The notes beneath the pieces were generated by a model. The model was not told where the DNA came from and did no database searches. It saw only the letters and a program-made list of their open reading frames with translations. Positions 62,290 through 64,000 of a stretch of DNA of 64,000 nucleotides are shown here, one piece after another. Both the position numbers and the translations under genes were made by a program. The DNA lies in NCBI RefSeq assembly GCF_006345805.1, contig NC_043021.1, positions 17,980,001 to 18,044,000 on the forward strand. The letters are read 5' to 3'. Numbering within the stretch: the stretch's first letter is position 1; the number at the start of each line of letters is the position of its first letter. The DNA comes from Octopus sinensis (taxonomy: Eukaryota).

Positions 62290-62570
62290 AACCTTTTAAT
62301 GACTATTTTTAATGAAATAATGAAATACACTCCCTGTATGTTTGAATTGCTTTAAAGATAATGAAGAATTTAAAGAAACTTAGTAAAATTTGAAGAAATT
62401 TAGTAAAATAACTAAATTCTTCATCTTCAGCTGCTGTTTTGAACATAACTTAAATCTTTATATAAAATTATACTGGGCAGTTTTAATTTAAATATGAACC
62501 CTGTAAAAGAGGAAATTTTATATCATTGAACCAGAATTGATCCTAGGCAGGTCGGTGTCATCAGAGTTGC
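62290..62570. mobile_element. Degenerate relative of MITE-H
   Basis: ctttaaagataatgaagaattt..tagtaaaataact..gaacataa resembles about 5097-5160. Confidence 0.45.
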
Positions 62571-62834
62571 CTTAGTAACAAAATATGATTTCATTGCAAA
62601 GGCAAAAATGTTTTTTGGAATATTTGTTTCCCAGGGTTTCCTTCACTTTAGATACACACTCCAGTCATTTGTTCAAGTATTTTCATGGTAACTTTTAGAG
62701 TCTATGAAAGTTGCAATATTGTTACTGCATGCATTGAATTATGGAACAAGTTCCTCTTGGAAAATTACTATCTGCAAATCTCACAATGAGAGATATTCAG
62801 CAACAGTACTTTGGAGTAAAGATTGTTTGCTAAC

Positions 62835-63030
62835 ATAACATGACAGTCCTGGTTTAGGACGAATGTTGCTGTAATTTAGCCCCAGGAGACATCGTCTCCA
62901 GCTGGCTGTATGACACAATCTGTGTTCGAAAATATAAGGACACAGATCATGTTGTATAGCCAGCTGGCGATGATGTCTCCTGGGGCTAAATTGCAGCAAC
63001 ATTCGTCCTGAACCAGGACTATCATGTTAT
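62835..63030. repeat. ~195-bp palindrome (foldback MITE-like)
   Basis: Arms of about 93 bp pair with 11 mismatches around a loop of about 11 nt. Confidence 0.9.
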
Positions 63031-63086
63031 TTTATTTATTTATCTAGTTTCAGCTCACGAGCTGTGGCCATGCTGGGGCACCACCA
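63031..63086 (-). mobile_element. Isolated SINE-A-type 3' tail variant
   Basis: Minus strand ggtggtgccccagcatggccacagctcgtgagctgaaactagataaataaa. Confidence 0.7.
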
Positions 63087-63834
63087 TTTATTCCAAGTTC
63101 CTCTTGGTTTGCTCACTTGAACAAAAGTTGCATACACACACACACACACACAAATATATATATATATGGGCTGGTGATATTCCAGACATCCAATCCATTA
63201 GACAGACATGTGTTCTTTTGCTTGTAAAACTCTGAGTAATGGCCATATGCATGACATCAGCTGTCTGCATACAAATACAGACTCTGCATAATATATTGTA
63301 TGCTCTTTACTTTGTACACTGACATGTTTGAAATATCTTCACTATGTGAGATAGTAGATGTTTGACCACAGACTACATATGTCTATGAAGCGATCAGTGA
63401 GGGCCTCTCTGAAATGGAAGCCAGAGGTGAAGTAGACTTGTCAAGATTTGATGGAGGACTATAGAGCAGGACCTGGCAAATATGAGGGTTTTTTTTTTTT
63501 TTATCCCATCCATATCACTGGAGTTGTGTTCTAATGACTAAAATGACTTTACCACATTGCAATTGGTAATGTGAAATGTCAGATGGGGAAATGTTATTCT
63601 CAATTTCTTTAATGACAAAGTTATCTCAGATAAATGTGATTAAATTAATCTTTACATAAATCACAGAGATTTGGAGTGATGGTTTTTTTTGTTTTTTTTT
63701 TTACTCAGGTTTTTGTGATGTTAAGCAGATGAGATACAGTCCAATCGAGTAGAGGGTACTTATTGCTTTCAGGTGAATTCCCTTGAAGAGTATTATTTTA
63801 CACTCACACTGAATGAGATGAAACTAGCAAACAA

Positions 63835-64000
63835 GGGAGATTGCATGTAGTTGATCAACCTAGTAGAAAATCAACCAAAATATCCAGTGAAATCATGTCT
63901 GGATAATGTAGTCCTGGATACTCTTAGATATGGATGGTGGTCATGGCTGGAGTGCTTTTTGATTGTAAATCCAAGACAGATTCAAGGCTAAACTATAAGA
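63835..64000 (+). repeat. Repeat family E copy
   Basis: ggataatgtagtcc..ggtcatggctggagtgctttttgat. Confidence 0.6.

Noticed and set aside
63709-63771. AG..CAG|GTGAAT-bounded possible exon
   Set aside because: Stop codons in all three frames

Overview
AT-rich, microsatellite-dense eukaryotic non-coding DNA, probably intronic or intergenic. The repeat content suggests a coleoid cephalopod such as Octopus, but this is an inference with no database check. No intact host gene, genuine tRNA/rRNA gene or CRISPR array is supported, and most ORFs in the track are read-throughs of microsatellites or repeats. The window is a mosaic of (1) tRNA-headed SINE families that I label A, C, D1/D2 and F, plus a (GAT)n-tailed family B and an old (AAC)n-tailed family E; (2) fragments of several RTE-clade LINEs; (3) a decayed full-length mariner and a foldback mariner; (4) TTAA, hAT, Tigger-like and other MITEs; and (5) a non-autonomous Helitron. 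The most unusual items are a SINE-A segment (7282-7393) in which 15 of 31 consensus T's are C, the pattern expected from a re-integrated ADAR-hyperedited RNA; three long hairpin-forming palindromes (50557-50941, 53739-54637, 62835-63030); two SINE/LINE 3'-tail partnerships visible within the window; and a covarying SINE tail stem-loop. All alignments were done by eye, so boundaries of degenerate copies are approximate.
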